The translations under genes and the position numbers were made by a program. From IMG/VR virus record IMGVR_UViG_3300050821_009780, positions 64,001 through 128,000 of that record: a stretch of DNA of 64,000 nucleotides. One strand, given 5' to 3'. Source of the DNA: a virus. Shown here in pieces: positions 18,770 to 27,248 of this stretch (positions within the stretch are counted from its first letter, which is position 1; every line of letters starts with the position of its first letter). The notes beneath the pieces were generated by a model. It had not been told where the DNA came from and searched no databases. It worked only from the letters and a program-made list of their open reading frames with translations.

Positions 18770-19318
18770 CTACCGCAGCACCTGTATTTTCAGGGTGGTC
18801 GCCACCAGGACACCGGTGGTGGACTTCGCCCCCGGCTGCTGCAGGGTGAGGTCCAGCTCAGGGGCGTTGTTGGCGATCTTCTGCGCCTTCGCCGCCGCAT
18901 TCAGGATGACCTGCGGGTCGGCGGCGGCGCTGACGCCCGCGCCCGCGCTCGCGGTGGACTTGGCAGTGGAGGAAGTATTCACGCCCGCGCCCGCACTCGC
19001 GGTGGACTTGGGCCCGGCGGTGTTCACGCCCGCCCCCGCAGTCTTGGTGCCCGCTGTGTTCGGCTTGGCTGCAGCCGACGTAGGCTTGTACGGCTTGATG
19101 GCGGTCACCGTGTACGCGGTCCGGCCGACCTGGATGACGTTCCCCGGCTTGAGCGACGAAGCAGGCATAAGGCCCGATCCTCCGGCGACGTGGCCCTGCA
19201 CGTGCTGCCGGACCACCTGGGGACGGCCCCGCTCGACCCGCTGGTACATGCGGACGGGCACCGTCTGGCGGGCGGTGCCGGCCAGGCGCAGCAGCTTGCC
19301 CAGGGGAGTCTCGGTCAC
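18770..19318 (-). CDS. Probable internal head protein, Ala/Lys/Thr-rich
   Basis: VTETPLGKLLRLAG...VRMYQRVERGRPQVVRQH; low-complexity repeats. Confidence 0.6.
   Translation of the reverse strand: MTETPLGKLLRLAGTARQTVPVRMYQRVERGRPQVVRQHVQGHVAGGSGLMPASSLKPGNVIQVGRTAYTVTAIKPYKPTSAAAKPNTAGTKTAGAGVNTAGPKSTASAGAGVNTSSTAKSTASAGAGVSAAADPQVILNAAAKAQKIANNAPELDLTLQQPGAKSTTGVLVATTLKIQVLR
18930..19040 (-). repeat. In-frame ~45-nt tandem repeat (GAGVNT....KSTASA x ~2.5)
   Basis: cacgcccgcgcccgc and cgcggtggacttgg units repeated. Confidence 0.7.
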
Positions 19319-19339
19319 ACCGGACAAATCGGTGCCGGA

Positions 19340-19370
19340 AAACAAGCAGCCCCGGCGAGCCGGGGCTGCT
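19340..19370 (-). terminator. Intrinsic terminator
   Basis: AGCAGCCCCGG-loop-CCGGGGCTGCT followed by TGTTTT on the minus strand. Confidence 0.7.
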
Positions 19371-19379
19371 CCTGGGGTA

Positions 19380-19529
19380 CTAGCGCTTCCTGCCATGCGG
19401 AGTCCTCTCCGGGTTCCGCTGCGTGCGCGCCGGGTTGTTCTTCGTCCGCCGGTGCTCGGCGGCGTACCTGGCGCACTTGACGCGGTTCCTGTTGAACTTC
19501 CGGTTCTTCTTTCCCTGCTTGTGGGGCAT
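19380..19529 (-). CDS. Highly basic 49-aa protein (not in ORF track)
   Basis: MPHKQGKKNRKFNRNRVKCARYAAEHRRTKNNPARTQRNPERTPHGRKR; GAGAGGAA RBS; terminator follows. Confidence 0.65.
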   Translation of the reverse strand: MPHKQGKKNRKFNRNRVKCARYAAEHRRTKNNPARTQRNPERTPHGRKR

Positions 19530-19609
19530 TTCCTCTCACCCCCTCTCACATCCGGTCCTAGGACTGGGGTGTGAGATGGCGCAGAAGAACCACGGCCCCT
19601 CCTCTCGAC

Positions 19610-19646
19610 AAGAAACAGCTCCCGCCGGGGGTGCGGCGGGAGCTGT
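19610..19646 (-). terminator. Intrinsic terminator ending a putative small RNA or leader
   Basis: ACAGCTCCCGCCG-loop-CGGCGGGAGCTGT then TTCTT. Confidence 0.75.
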
Positions 19647-19714
19647 CGGGCTGCAGGCGGTTGCCCGCAGCGGGGTTGTGGACGGCCGATGCAGCTGACA
19701 AGGCTGCTAGCCGC
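19610..19714 (-). ncRNA. Putative ~105-nt structured RNA or attenuator leader
   Basis: Lies between a TTGACT promoter and a terminator, has no credible ORF, contains a long stem and a GCGG-GCAA-CCGC tetraloop hairpin. Confidence 0.35.
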
Positions 19715-19719
19715 CAGCC

Positions 19720-19747
19720 ATACTACCGGACGGTTGCCTCAAGTCAA
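19720..19747 (-). promoter_or_regulatory. Promoter (degenerate copy 4 of the motif)
   Basis: TTGACT-tgaggcaaccgtccgg(16)-TAGTAT. Confidence 0.55.
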
Positions 19748-20023
19748 GTCGGTCATGGTCCCGGTCTCCACGCCGCCGGTGACGACATCGTGGCACAGGC
19801 AGAGGCAGCCCGAGCCTTGCGGCGGCTCCTCGCCCTTGCAGGCCGCATGCAGGTGACGGGCATATTCCGGCTTACTGCCAGTGAGCTTCATGGCGTCCTG
19901 GCAGGTGAGGCTGAGCCTGCTGTTCGCCGCTATCCGGTGCGCCTTCTGGAGCTGCCGGGCCAATATCTCCTCGCGGAGCCTGCGGCGCTCCAAGATGGTC
20001 ATTCCCCGCCGGAAGCTAGGCAT
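19739..20023 (-). CDS. Hypothetical Cys/His-rich protein
   Basis: 94-aa ORF ending CLCLCH. Confidence 0.55.
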   Translation of the reverse strand: MPSFRRGMTILERRRLREEILARQLQKAHRIAANSRLSLTCQDAMKLTGSKPEYARHLHAACKGEEPPQGSGCLCLCHDVVTGGVETGTMTDLT

Positions 20024-20252
20024 ACCGCACGCTCGTCTTCCCCTGGTAAGTGGCTACTGTCATCTTGTCGGCCTGGTCGCCTGGCAGCAGGTGGCAGTAC
20101 GCTGCCCCGCTCAGGTGCACCAGGCCGAACGAACGGCCGTCCGGCATTCCCGGACGTACATCAGCTCCGCAGTGATCGCATTTCCTGATCCAGACAGCAG
20201 CACAGTCGCACCCGAGCAGCCCGGTGATGCACTCGCCGTACAGGCACGCCAC
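20016..20252 (-). CDS. Cys-rich hypothetical protein
   Basis: 78-aa ORF with CDHC, coupled to neighbours. Confidence 0.5.
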   Translation of the reverse strand: MACLYGECITGLLGCDCAAVWIRKCDHCGADVRPGMPDGRSFGLVHLSGAAYCHLLPGDQADKMTVATYQGKTSVRYA

Positions 20253-20361
20253 CTACAGCACCCCCACCAGGATCAAGCCTCCGAGGGTGCCTGCGGCAAC
20301 CGCGAAGAACAGGGCAGCTCCGAACAGCCAGTACAGCAGACAGCCCAGATCACGCCCGAAG

Positions 20362-20658
20362 TCATCCACGGAGACGCTCCAGCAGCAGCTCCCCGTCGCT
20401 CGGGTATCCCCGGCCCGGATACCGCTGATAGGCAAGAAGCGGCGGGACAGTACGCCGGGCCTTCTTCGCAGGGCGCCACTTATCGCCCATATCCCGCATA
20501 AGACCGTGACCGGCCGGGCACCGGGGTCCTCCGCCGAAACCGAGGTGCGGGGCCTTGCACACGTGCAGGCACGTCTCGCACAGGAACTTGCTCTTCGGGC
20601 CGGACCGGCAGCAGCGGCAAAACGCGTTGATACCCGGACCGACGTAACCGTGCGCCAC
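20362..20658 (-). CDS. Cys-rich Zn-finger protein
   Basis: FLCETCLHVCK...RCPAGH...MGDKWRP. Confidence 0.55.
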   Translation of the reverse strand: MAHGYVGPGINAFCRCCRSGPKSKFLCETCLHVCKAPHLGFGGGPRCPAGHGLMRDMGDKWRPAKKARRTVPPLLAYQRYPGRGYPSDGELLLERLRG

Positions 20659-20694
20659 TAACCTCACCGCCTTGTCTTGAGACAAGTATACCAG

Positions 20695-22701
20695 CTACTG
20701 CTGGTGGTACCCGGCCTCTCCTACGTCGTACACCCGCTCGCCGCCCGGCAGGCTGTAGTACTCCATCTCCCGGTCCTTGACCTCCTCCGGGATAGGGTCC
20801 TCCGATATCAGGTAGGTCATGTCCGGCATGCCGATGGGCAGCAGCGACCGGTCGGCGGACCCGCCCCACGAGTAGTTGCCGGACGGGAACGCGCGCCGTC
20901 CCTGCTCGTCCTCCTGCCCGCCGAGGCGCAGCGCCCCGGACACCGCCCCGGACAGGCCGTCGGCCAGGTCCTTGCTGCCGCCGGCCGGGTGATCGATCTT
21001 CCCGTTCGGCATCCGGGACAGGGTGAGCAACTCGCGCATCATGATCTCGTTGCCGGGCATCTCCAGCCGGCTCTCGTACGCCGTGTCGCGCAGGTTGCGC
21101 CAGCCGGTCTCGTCGCGGTCCAGGGAGAACTTGTCGGTCTCGATGCCGGCGCTCGCCAGCCGCTGCAGCAGGTCGGTGGACTGCCACTGGTCGGCGGTGA
21201 ACAGGGCGAGGATGAAGCCGCGGCGGCGCAGCTCCAGCGCCAGGTCGCCTACCCAGCGGATCTGGATCTCCCGGGCGGGGACGGCGGACTTGTCGGCCTC
21301 GTAGCCGATGACGAAGTCCACCTTGACCAGGGGACGGGACTCGTGCAGGGCCACGTCCAGCCCGCCCTCGTCGGCGCCGAGCACGGTGACGTCGTTCCAG
21401 CTCTTGACGTGCGCGAGGGCGACCCCGGCCCGGCAGGCGTCCACCGCGAGGTCGGCGTGCAGCGCGTACCGCGCGCCCTGGATGGGAATCAGGTCGGGGC
21501 TGAACTTGTAGACCGGGCGCCACGCTTTGCCGTCCCGGACGTAGTCCACTTCCAGCGGCTGCACGTCGTGGCTGGAGGTGTAGACGCAGGAGCGCAGCGC
21601 CAGCTCGTTGGCGAAGTAGGGCGACACGGTGTAGGAGGGCTTGCACTCGTACCGCGCCCGGGCCATGACGGGGTCGTCCCGGTAGTCCTTGGCGAACTGC
21701 TCCTTGCCCTTGACCCGGGGGTTGACCTCCCAGGTGGCGAAGGGGCCGGAGACGTAGTGCCGGGACTGGTCGCCGTGCGCCGCCAGATCCTGGTTGCCCT
21801 CGTCCACCAGCTGCTGGATCTTGCTGCCCAGGTAGCGGGGCCAGGAGATACGGATGTTCTTGTAGGTCTCGAACCGGGTGGAGGCCGAAGTCTGGAGCAT
21901 CATGAGGATGGCCTCGGCAGTGGTGGTGGACTCGCGGGCCCCGCGCCGCCCGCCGGACTTCTCCAGCTCGCCGACCGTCTTGAACGCGTCGATCTCGTCG
22001 GCGACGCCGAGGATCAGGTTGAGGCCCTCCTGGCTGTCGGCGTCGGAGTGGCCGGAGACCGCCTCGATGTTCTTCGGGAAGCGGATGGTGTCCAGCAGCG
22101 CGGTGGCGTTGCGCTCCTCGCCGGGCTTGGGCTTGGGCGGCCTTCCGCGCCCGGCCTTGCGCTCGTTGATCTCCACCGCACCCATGGTGGTGAACCAGTT
22201 GCCGGAGCGGGTGACCGCCTTGCGGAGCGGGGCGAAGAACGCGCGCTGCGCCTGCCGGGAGTTGGACGCCACGTTGAGCACGTGGATCGAGTCCTGCGGC
22301 GGCATCTCGTAGTACGCCTGCGGGGAGCGCAGGCACAGCAGCAGGTAGCAGACCCGCAGCACCGCGATGCGGGACACGTGGTCCTTGCCAGAGCCCTTGC
22401 CCCACTCCAGCTCCAGGAAGTTGACCTGGCGGACCGGGGTCTTCCAGAACGCGCGGCCGACCGGGTCCGGGTGGTGGGCGGCGATGTACTCGTAGGTCTC
22501 CGGGTAGTAGATACGCTCGGCGTGCAGCACCGAATCGTACTGGATCTCCGACAGCCGGGGGTTGGCCAGGTACAGCGGGCTGGTGACGAACTCGGTCAGG
22601 GTGACCGGCCACTCCTCGAAGACACGGTCGGTGGAGCTGCCGCCGCGAGTGATCTTCGGCGGGGCGAGCGCGGAGAAGTCGGAGTTGGCCCACTCAGTCA
22701 T
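20695..22701 (-). CDS. Terminase large subunit
   Basis: Walker A WGKGSGKD, Walker B GVADEID, FATWEVNP, nuclease HADLA, DQWQS, KIDHPAGGSKDLADG. Confidence 0.9.
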   Translation of the reverse strand: MTEWANSDFSALAPPKITRGGSSTDRVFEEWPVTLTEFVTSPLYLANPRLSEIQYDSVLHAERIYYPETYEYIAAHHPDPVGRAFWKTPVRQVNFLELEWGKGSGKDHVSRIAVLRVCYLLLCLRSPQAYYEMPPQDSIHVLNVASNSRQAQRAFFAPLRKAVTRSGNWFTTMGAVEINERKAGRGRPPKPKPGEERNATALLDTIRFPKNIEAVSGHSDADSQEGLNLILGVADEIDAFKTVGELEKSGGRRGARESTTTAEAILMMLQTSASTRFETYKNIRISWPRYLGSKIQQLVDEGNQDLAAHGDQSRHYVSGPFATWEVNPRVKGKEQFAKDYRDDPVMARARYECKPSYTVSPYFANELALRSCVYTSSHDVQPLEVDYVRDGKAWRPVYKFSPDLIPIQGARYALHADLAVDACRAGVALAHVKSWNDVTVLGADEGGLDVALHESRPLVKVDFVIGYEADKSAVPAREIQIRWVGDLALELRRRGFILALFTADQWQSTDLLQRLASAGIETDKFSLDRDETGWRNLRDTAYESRLEMPGNEIMMRELLTLSRMPNGKIDHPAGGSKDLADGLSGAVSGALRLGGQEDEQGRRAFPSGNYSWGGSADRSLLPIGMPDMTYLISEDPIPEEVKDREMEYYSLPGGERVYDVGEAGYHQQ

Positions 22702-22990
22702 CCCAGTCGAACCCCCAGCGCGGCTCGTACTCCACGCTCTCGCCCGAAGCCAGGCGGAGCGGGGCCTCCTCGGGGGCGTACCGGTGGCCGGGAACGCTCC
22801 AGTAGTGAGCCATGGCGCAGCGGCGGGACTCCCAGCACGCCCGCACACCCTCGTCGGTCAGGCCGCCGTTGATGCGCTCCTCGCCGCAGTACAGGTGCCA
22901 GTAGATGCCCTCATCTACCAGGGAGAAGCGGCGGGTGTACCCGGCGGGCAGCCGGTACGTCCGGTCGAGATCTAGGTAGTTCTGTGCCAC
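22694..22990 (-). CDS. Hypothetical protein (98 aa)
   Basis: ORF overlapping the terminase start. Confidence 0.55.
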   Translation of the reverse strand: MAQNYLDLDRTYRLPAGYTRRFSLVDEGIYWHLYCGEERINGGLTDEGVRACWESRRCAMAHYWSVPGHRYAPEEAPLRLASGESVEYEPRWGFDWDD

Positions 22991-23008
22991 GCAGCAGGCA
23001 ATCGCCTG

Positions 23009-23557
23009 CTACCAGTCGCGGTCCCCGCCCGTCGTGTGGTTGGAGTCGTTATTGTGGTGGTGGTCGCCATCCTCGACGCGGATAACACGATGCGGGTGGC
23101 TGTGAGTGCCGTTGAACCGGCCGTGCTCCATGGCGACCGCCTGGGAGGCGGGGGCCTTGCCGGCCAGCCGCATGAACGTCTCGGAGTCGCTCTCGGCTGC
23201 CTCGCGGGCGGGCACCCGGGACAGGAGCAGCTCGCCGCCCTGCAGCGCGGACAGCGCGACCATGGCCTCCTGCACCAGCGCGGACGCCTTGACCTTCTTC
23301 TTGCCTGCGTCCTGGTCCGCCTTGGCGCCCTTGGCCTTCTTCTTGCCGAGCCACGGCGGCTTCTTCTTGCCGCCCTTGGCGTCGTCCTCATCCTCGTCGT
23401 CATCTTCGTCGTCGCCATCACCGTCGTCGTCCGTGTCGGCGAGCAGCAGCACCAGCTCGTTCAGCCGCTCAGCCGCCGCACGGACCAGCTCCTCGGCATC
23501 GTCGGCCGGGCCGCCCTCGGGGGCGGCGAGCCGCAGAACCTTTTCCAGGGCAGACAA
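23009..23557 (-). CDS. Probable internal head protein with acidic tract and His-rich tail
   Basis: TTG start with GGAGG RBS; MSALEKVLRLAA N-terminus shared with 24714..25199. Confidence 0.65.
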   Translation of the reverse strand: MSALEKVLRLAAPEGGPADDAEELVRAAAERLNELVLLLADTDDDGDGDDEDDDEDEDDAKGGKKKPPWLGKKKAKGAKADQDAGKKKVKASALVQEAMVALSALQGGELLLSRVPAREAAESDSETFMRLAGKAPASQAVAMEHGRFNGTHSHPHRVIRVEDGDHHHNNDSNHTTGGDRDW

Positions 23558-23599
23558 TGAGACCTCCGGTGTCGTTAGCTACGGCTGTCTAATCGCCCT

Positions 23600-24721
23600 C
23601 TACATCCGGAGGTTGGGCAGGTAGCCGTTGACCCGCCCGGCGAAGTAGTGGCGCCGCACCCGGTCGATGAGCCGGGCGACCTCGGTGCCGATCTTGCGCC
23701 AGGCGTTAGCCTGGTCCTGGTAGTCCTTCAGCATCTGGGCGAGCGCGCTGCCCTGCTCGGCAGGCGGCACCGCCTGCGCCCCGTAGACGGCGGGCCGACC
23801 AGCCCCGGCATCCTTCTTGCTGGCCGAGTACAGCGCGGACTGGGCCTGGCGCAGGCAGGCGAGGGCCTGGATGACGTCGTTCTTCTCCAGCTTGAGCGCG
23901 GCCATGCGCAGCGCCTGCCGGACGGTGTTGGACAGCGTGACATCGATGCCGTCGGGCACCAGCTTCACCAGCGCGGTGCACTCCTTCGGCGTCGGCAGCG
24001 CCACGTGGGGCGGCAGCGGCGGGGACGGGGAGACAGCCTGGCTGGGCACCTGGTGCAGCCCGTACTGGCCGCGCGGGGCGGGCGCGGCCAGCTTCAGCGC
24101 CTTCCAGGCCGGCTCGTCGGTGACCAGCTGCCCGTCCTGCAGCTGCTTGAGCAGCCGGACCCAGCGGCCCTCGCCCGGGTAGTTGTCCACTACGTGCTCG
24201 GACAGCTTGTCGATGTGCTCCTGCGCGCCCTTCAGGTGCTTGCGGGCGTGGTCGGCGTTGAACTCCCAGACCACCTTCGGGTCCGGCTTGAGCATCTCGT
24301 CGGCGTGCCGCTTGGCGTGCGCCAGCTCGTGCAGCACGGTCTCGGTGAGGTGCGCGGTCGTCGCGATCCGGAGGGACTTGTTCAGCGACCGGGCCAGCCC
24401 GACGCACTGCCGGACCGCCTCCAGCTCGGCGGCCTCGGCCGGGTAGTGGTGCCGGAGGTCGTCCACCAGGAAGTGCATGTTGTCCAGGGCGACGGACAGG
24501 TGGTTGGCGATGTGCGTCGAGTGGTACTTGCGCAGCTCGGCGGTGCCTGCCTTCAGCGCGGCGGACATCCGCTCCTCCCCGTGCCCCACCGCCCGCACCG
24601 TATCGTCGATGCGGTGCGCGACGAGCATCTCCCTGGAGTCCTTGTCACCGGGGGTGGCCGGGAGCGGCAGCTTGTCCCGGCCGGGGAAGGGGGAGGCCCC
24701 GGGGAACCCGCGCTCAGCCAT
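23600..24721 (-). CDS. Helical His-rich hypothetical protein, probable head protein
   Basis: MAERGFPG...; internal duplication (HIANHL...HHYPAEA / HARKHL...DNYPGEG). Confidence 0.65.
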   Translation of the reverse strand: MAERGFPGASPFPGRDKLPLPATPGDKDSREMLVAHRIDDTVRAVGHGEERMSAALKAGTAELRKYHSTHIANHLSVALDNMHFLVDDLRHHYPAEAAELEAVRQCVGLARSLNKSLRIATTAHLTETVLHELAHAKRHADEMLKPDPKVVWEFNADHARKHLKGAQEHIDKLSEHVVDNYPGEGRWVRLLKQLQDGQLVTDEPAWKALKLAAPAPRGQYGLHQVPSQAVSPSPPLPPHVALPTPKECTALVKLVPDGIDVTLSNTVRQALRMAALKLEKNDVIQALACLRQAQSALYSASKKDAGAGRPAVYGAQAVPPAEQGSALAQMLKDYQDQANAWRKIGTEVARLIDRVRRHYFAGRVNGYLPNLRM

Positions 24722-25199
24722 TCTTCTTCCCGCCCATGGTGCGATCCTTCTCCCACTCGGCGACGTTGCGCTGCGCGGCGGCGCGGACATCTGGGTGCGT
24801 CCGCTTGCCCTTGCCGCTCTTGGTCTTCCACCCGCCGGGGTTGACTCCCGCTGCCCATTTCTTCACGACCCCCACGGCGACCCGGTAGGCATCGTGCTTG
24901 CCGTACCGCTTGACCAGGTGGAACCACAGGTGCTGAATGTACGGCGGCAGGTGCAGGCCCTTGTGGTGGAACAGCCCGGGGCCGCCCGACGGGACGGTGG
25001 GCTTGTCCACGGTGGACGCCTCGGCGGTGTGCGGGGTAAGGCTGACCGTCAACCTGCCGTGTGCTCGGCGGCAGCTAGCCGGGTCGGCATTCTCGCCGTG
25101 GTGGACTTTGGCGTACCACGGGCACTCGCTCATGAGGAAGTCGTGGGCGTGCTGCTCCTCCTCGGCGGCGAGCCGCAGCACCTTCTCCAGGGCGGTCAC
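24714..25199 (-). CDS. Probable internal head protein
   Basis: MTALEKVLRLAA...LPPYIQH...AVGVVKKWAAG...AAAQRNVAEWE. Confidence 0.65.
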   Translation of the reverse strand: MTALEKVLRLAAEEEQHAHDFLMSECPWYAKVHHGENADPASCRRAHGRLTVSLTPHTAEASTVDKPTVPSGGPGLFHHKGLHLPPYIQHLWFHLVKRYGKHDAYRVAVGVVKKWAAGVNPGGWKTKSGKGKRTHPDVRAAAQRNVAEWEKDRTMGGKKNG

Positions 25200-25702
25200 T
25201 CGACCAGGCCCTCCTTCTGCATGTGCGGGAACAGGGTGGACTGGACCCAGAACTGCAGGTCGGTGCCGGCCACCGGGTCCTGGACGCTGACCGCCTGCTG
25301 CAGCAGGGCCTGGACGCAGCGGATAAACTTCTGATCCCGTTCGGCGAGCGCGGACTGGAGCTGCTCCGGGTTGGCCCGGACCACCCGCAGCCGCAGCATG
25401 GCGTCGCGCAGCGCCGAGAGCGCGCTGTTGAGGGAGGACAGCGCGGCCCGCTCGCTGCCGGGGTCGGTGTAACCGCCCAGCTCGGGGTACCCATACGGCT
25501 TGCGGGACGCCTGCATGTGCTTGGAGAACTGGTTGATGGCGGCGGACGCCTCCATCAACACCTCGACCGGGGCACCGACCGCGAGCAGATCGGCCTTGAG
25601 CGTCTCGGCGAGCTGGGCAACCGCCGCGCGCAGGTCCTTATCCGCTACCGATTCGGGCACGTTGAACAGGCACTCAAGGCTGGCCGGGAAGGAATCGCTC
25701 AC
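25196..25702 (-). CDS. Hypothetical helical protein (possible terminase small subunit)
   Basis: 168-aa helical ORF at the start of the packaging block; function inferred from position only. Confidence 0.45.
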   Translation of the reverse strand: MSDSFPASLECLFNVPESVADKDLRAAVAQLAETLKADLLAVGAPVEVLMEASAAINQFSKHMQASRKPYGYPELGGYTDPGSERAALSSLNSALSALRDAMLRLRVVRANPEQLQSALAERDQKFIRCVQALLQQAVSVQDPVAGTDLQFWVQSTLFPHMQKEGLVE

Positions 25703-25718
25703 CTTCCGGTAATCGGGC

Positions 25719-26060
25719 CTACTTGGGCGGGTCGATGCCGTGGCACTCCGGGTCGCCCGGCACCACGTACATCACGCCGAACTGGTCCACGTACATGCCG
25801 TCGGTGCCGAGGCAGGCGCGCATCAGGGACGGATACCCGGCAGGGGTGTCCACCCTGGTCCAGCGCGGGATCTTCGCAGCCGACGAGTACTTATCCGGAG
25901 TGGCGTTCGCCGGGAGCGCCAGTCCGGTGCGCACGGTGATGTAGGTGACAGCGGGCGCGCGGTGGGTCGTGGACCAGACGGTATTCCAGATGACCGCGAA
26001 CAATATCACGGCGAGGACACCGAACAGGAAGTGGTCGAACCTGAACTGGAGCTTCTTCAC
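25719..26060 (-). CDS. Membrane-anchored protein
   Basis: N-terminal TM segment FLFGVLAVILFAVIW; two Cys near the C-terminus. Confidence 0.55.
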   Translation of the reverse strand: MKKLQFRFDHFLFGVLAVILFAVIWNTVWSTTHRAPAVTYITVRTGLALPANATPDKYSSAAKIPRWTRVDTPAGYPSLMRACLGTDGMYVDQFGVMYVVPGDPECHGIDPPK

Positions 26061-26077
26061 GGCAGGTCCTATCGCGG

Positions 26078-26545
26078 TTACGGCAGCTTGCGCAGGCCGA
26101 AGTTCATCTCCTGGCCTTCCAGCCGATAGTTGTCCTTGGCGAACTTCACCTTGCCGCCGAGGCCGTAGGCGGCGCCGTACCGCGCGCTCAGGTGGTTGCC
26201 GGGCACCCAGTAGTCGAAGGTCTCCTCGGTGCAGAACCGGCGGTGGGTCGGATCGGTGTAGGCGTTCCGGTGCTTCCAGTGGGAGACCCGGATGTCGAGC
26301 ACGCCGTCCTCGTGCAGCACCCGCCAGCACTCCTGCATGAACAGGACGGGCTTGTCCACGTGCTCGAAGATGTCGTAGGCGCGGATGCAGGAGACGCTGC
26401 CGTCGGCCCAGGGCCACGGAGCGGTGTCCAGATCATAGACGACATCTACTTCCGGGATGTCGGCGATGTCCACGTTGACGTACCGCGGCAGCCGGTCGGT
26501 GCCGCTGCCCAGGTTCAGGTAGATTCCCACGGCAGTGTTACCCAT
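26078..26545 (-). CDS. Class I SAM-dependent methyltransferase (glycan-cluster type)
   Basis: LNLGSG...VNVDI...DL...PWPWADGSV...IFEHV...ECWRVL...DPTH. Confidence 0.85.
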   Translation of the reverse strand: MGNTAVGIYLNLGSGTDRLPRYVNVDIADIPEVDVVYDLDTAPWPWADGSVSCIRAYDIFEHVDKPVLFMQECWRVLHEDGVLDIRVSHWKHRNAYTDPTHRRFCTEETFDYWVPGNHLSARYGAAYGLGGKVKFAKDNYRLEGQEMNFGLRKLP

Positions 26546-27248
26546 CAGCCAGGAGGTACCGCTGGGGCGGCGCGTCCGGCAGGTAGCAGCGGGACTGCAG
26601 GTCCTCGAAGGCGGCCGGTGAGCAGTGCGCCCCGCCGTACTGGCCGATGTGCTGGGACCTCGCCAGGTGCGGGTAGACGACCTTCCGGCCCTGCTCCCGG
26701 CACCAGTAGTCGTTGAGCCGCCAGTCCCAGCCGTTGTGCTCGTAGTTGAACGTCCAGTCGGCGGCCAGCTGCTCCCAGCGGTCGCGCCAGGTGCCCCAGA
26801 CCCAGCCGTGAAACTCCTGCTCGACGCTGACGGCGGCGGCCTGCTGCGGGTCTCGCGGGTACTGCCGGTAGGTAGAGACCGCCAGGATGCCTGGGTCAGC
26901 GGCGAACCGCTCACTCGCCCAGGCAAAGTACTCCAGGGTGTCCGCGCCGACCGTGATGTCGTCCTCGGCGAGGATGACGAAATCGTCCGGCTGCGAGTAA
27001 TCGGGGAAGGCCCCGAACCCGCAGGTGACGGCGTGGAACGGGTTGGCCTGCACGCCGAGGTGCCTGCTGTTGACGTGCACGGTCACGGACGGCAGGGCCG
27101 CCTCGGCGATGACGCGTTCCATGTGCGGGCAGCCCGGTTCCACGTGGAAGTCCAGGGGCGTGTTCTCGACGCCGCGCACCCGCGCCCAGCTGGCCAGCAC
27201 CTCCTGCATGTAGTTGGCCCGACTGAACGCGGTAAAGACGACCCTCAT
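26538..27248 (-). CDS. GT-A fold glycosyltransferase
   Basis: FTAFSRANY, VILAEDD, WVWGTWRDRW, GWDW, RSQHIG. Confidence 0.8.
   Translation of the reverse strand: MRVVFTAFSRANYMQEVLASWARVRGVENTPLDFHVEPGCPHMERVIAEAALPSVTVHVNSRHLGVQANPFHAVTCGFGAFPDYSQPDDFVILAEDDITVGADTLEYFAWASERFAADPGILAVSTYRQYPRDPQQAAAVSVEQEFHGWVWGTWRDRWEQLAADWTFNYEHNGWDWRLNDYWCREQGRKVVYPHLARSQHIGQYGGAHCSPAAFEDLQSRCYLPDAPPQRYLLADG

Noticed and set aside
12951-25702. Major capsid, scaffold, prohead protease or tail genes
   Set aside because: No ORF in the head block shows features I can recognise for these; they are presumably outside this window.
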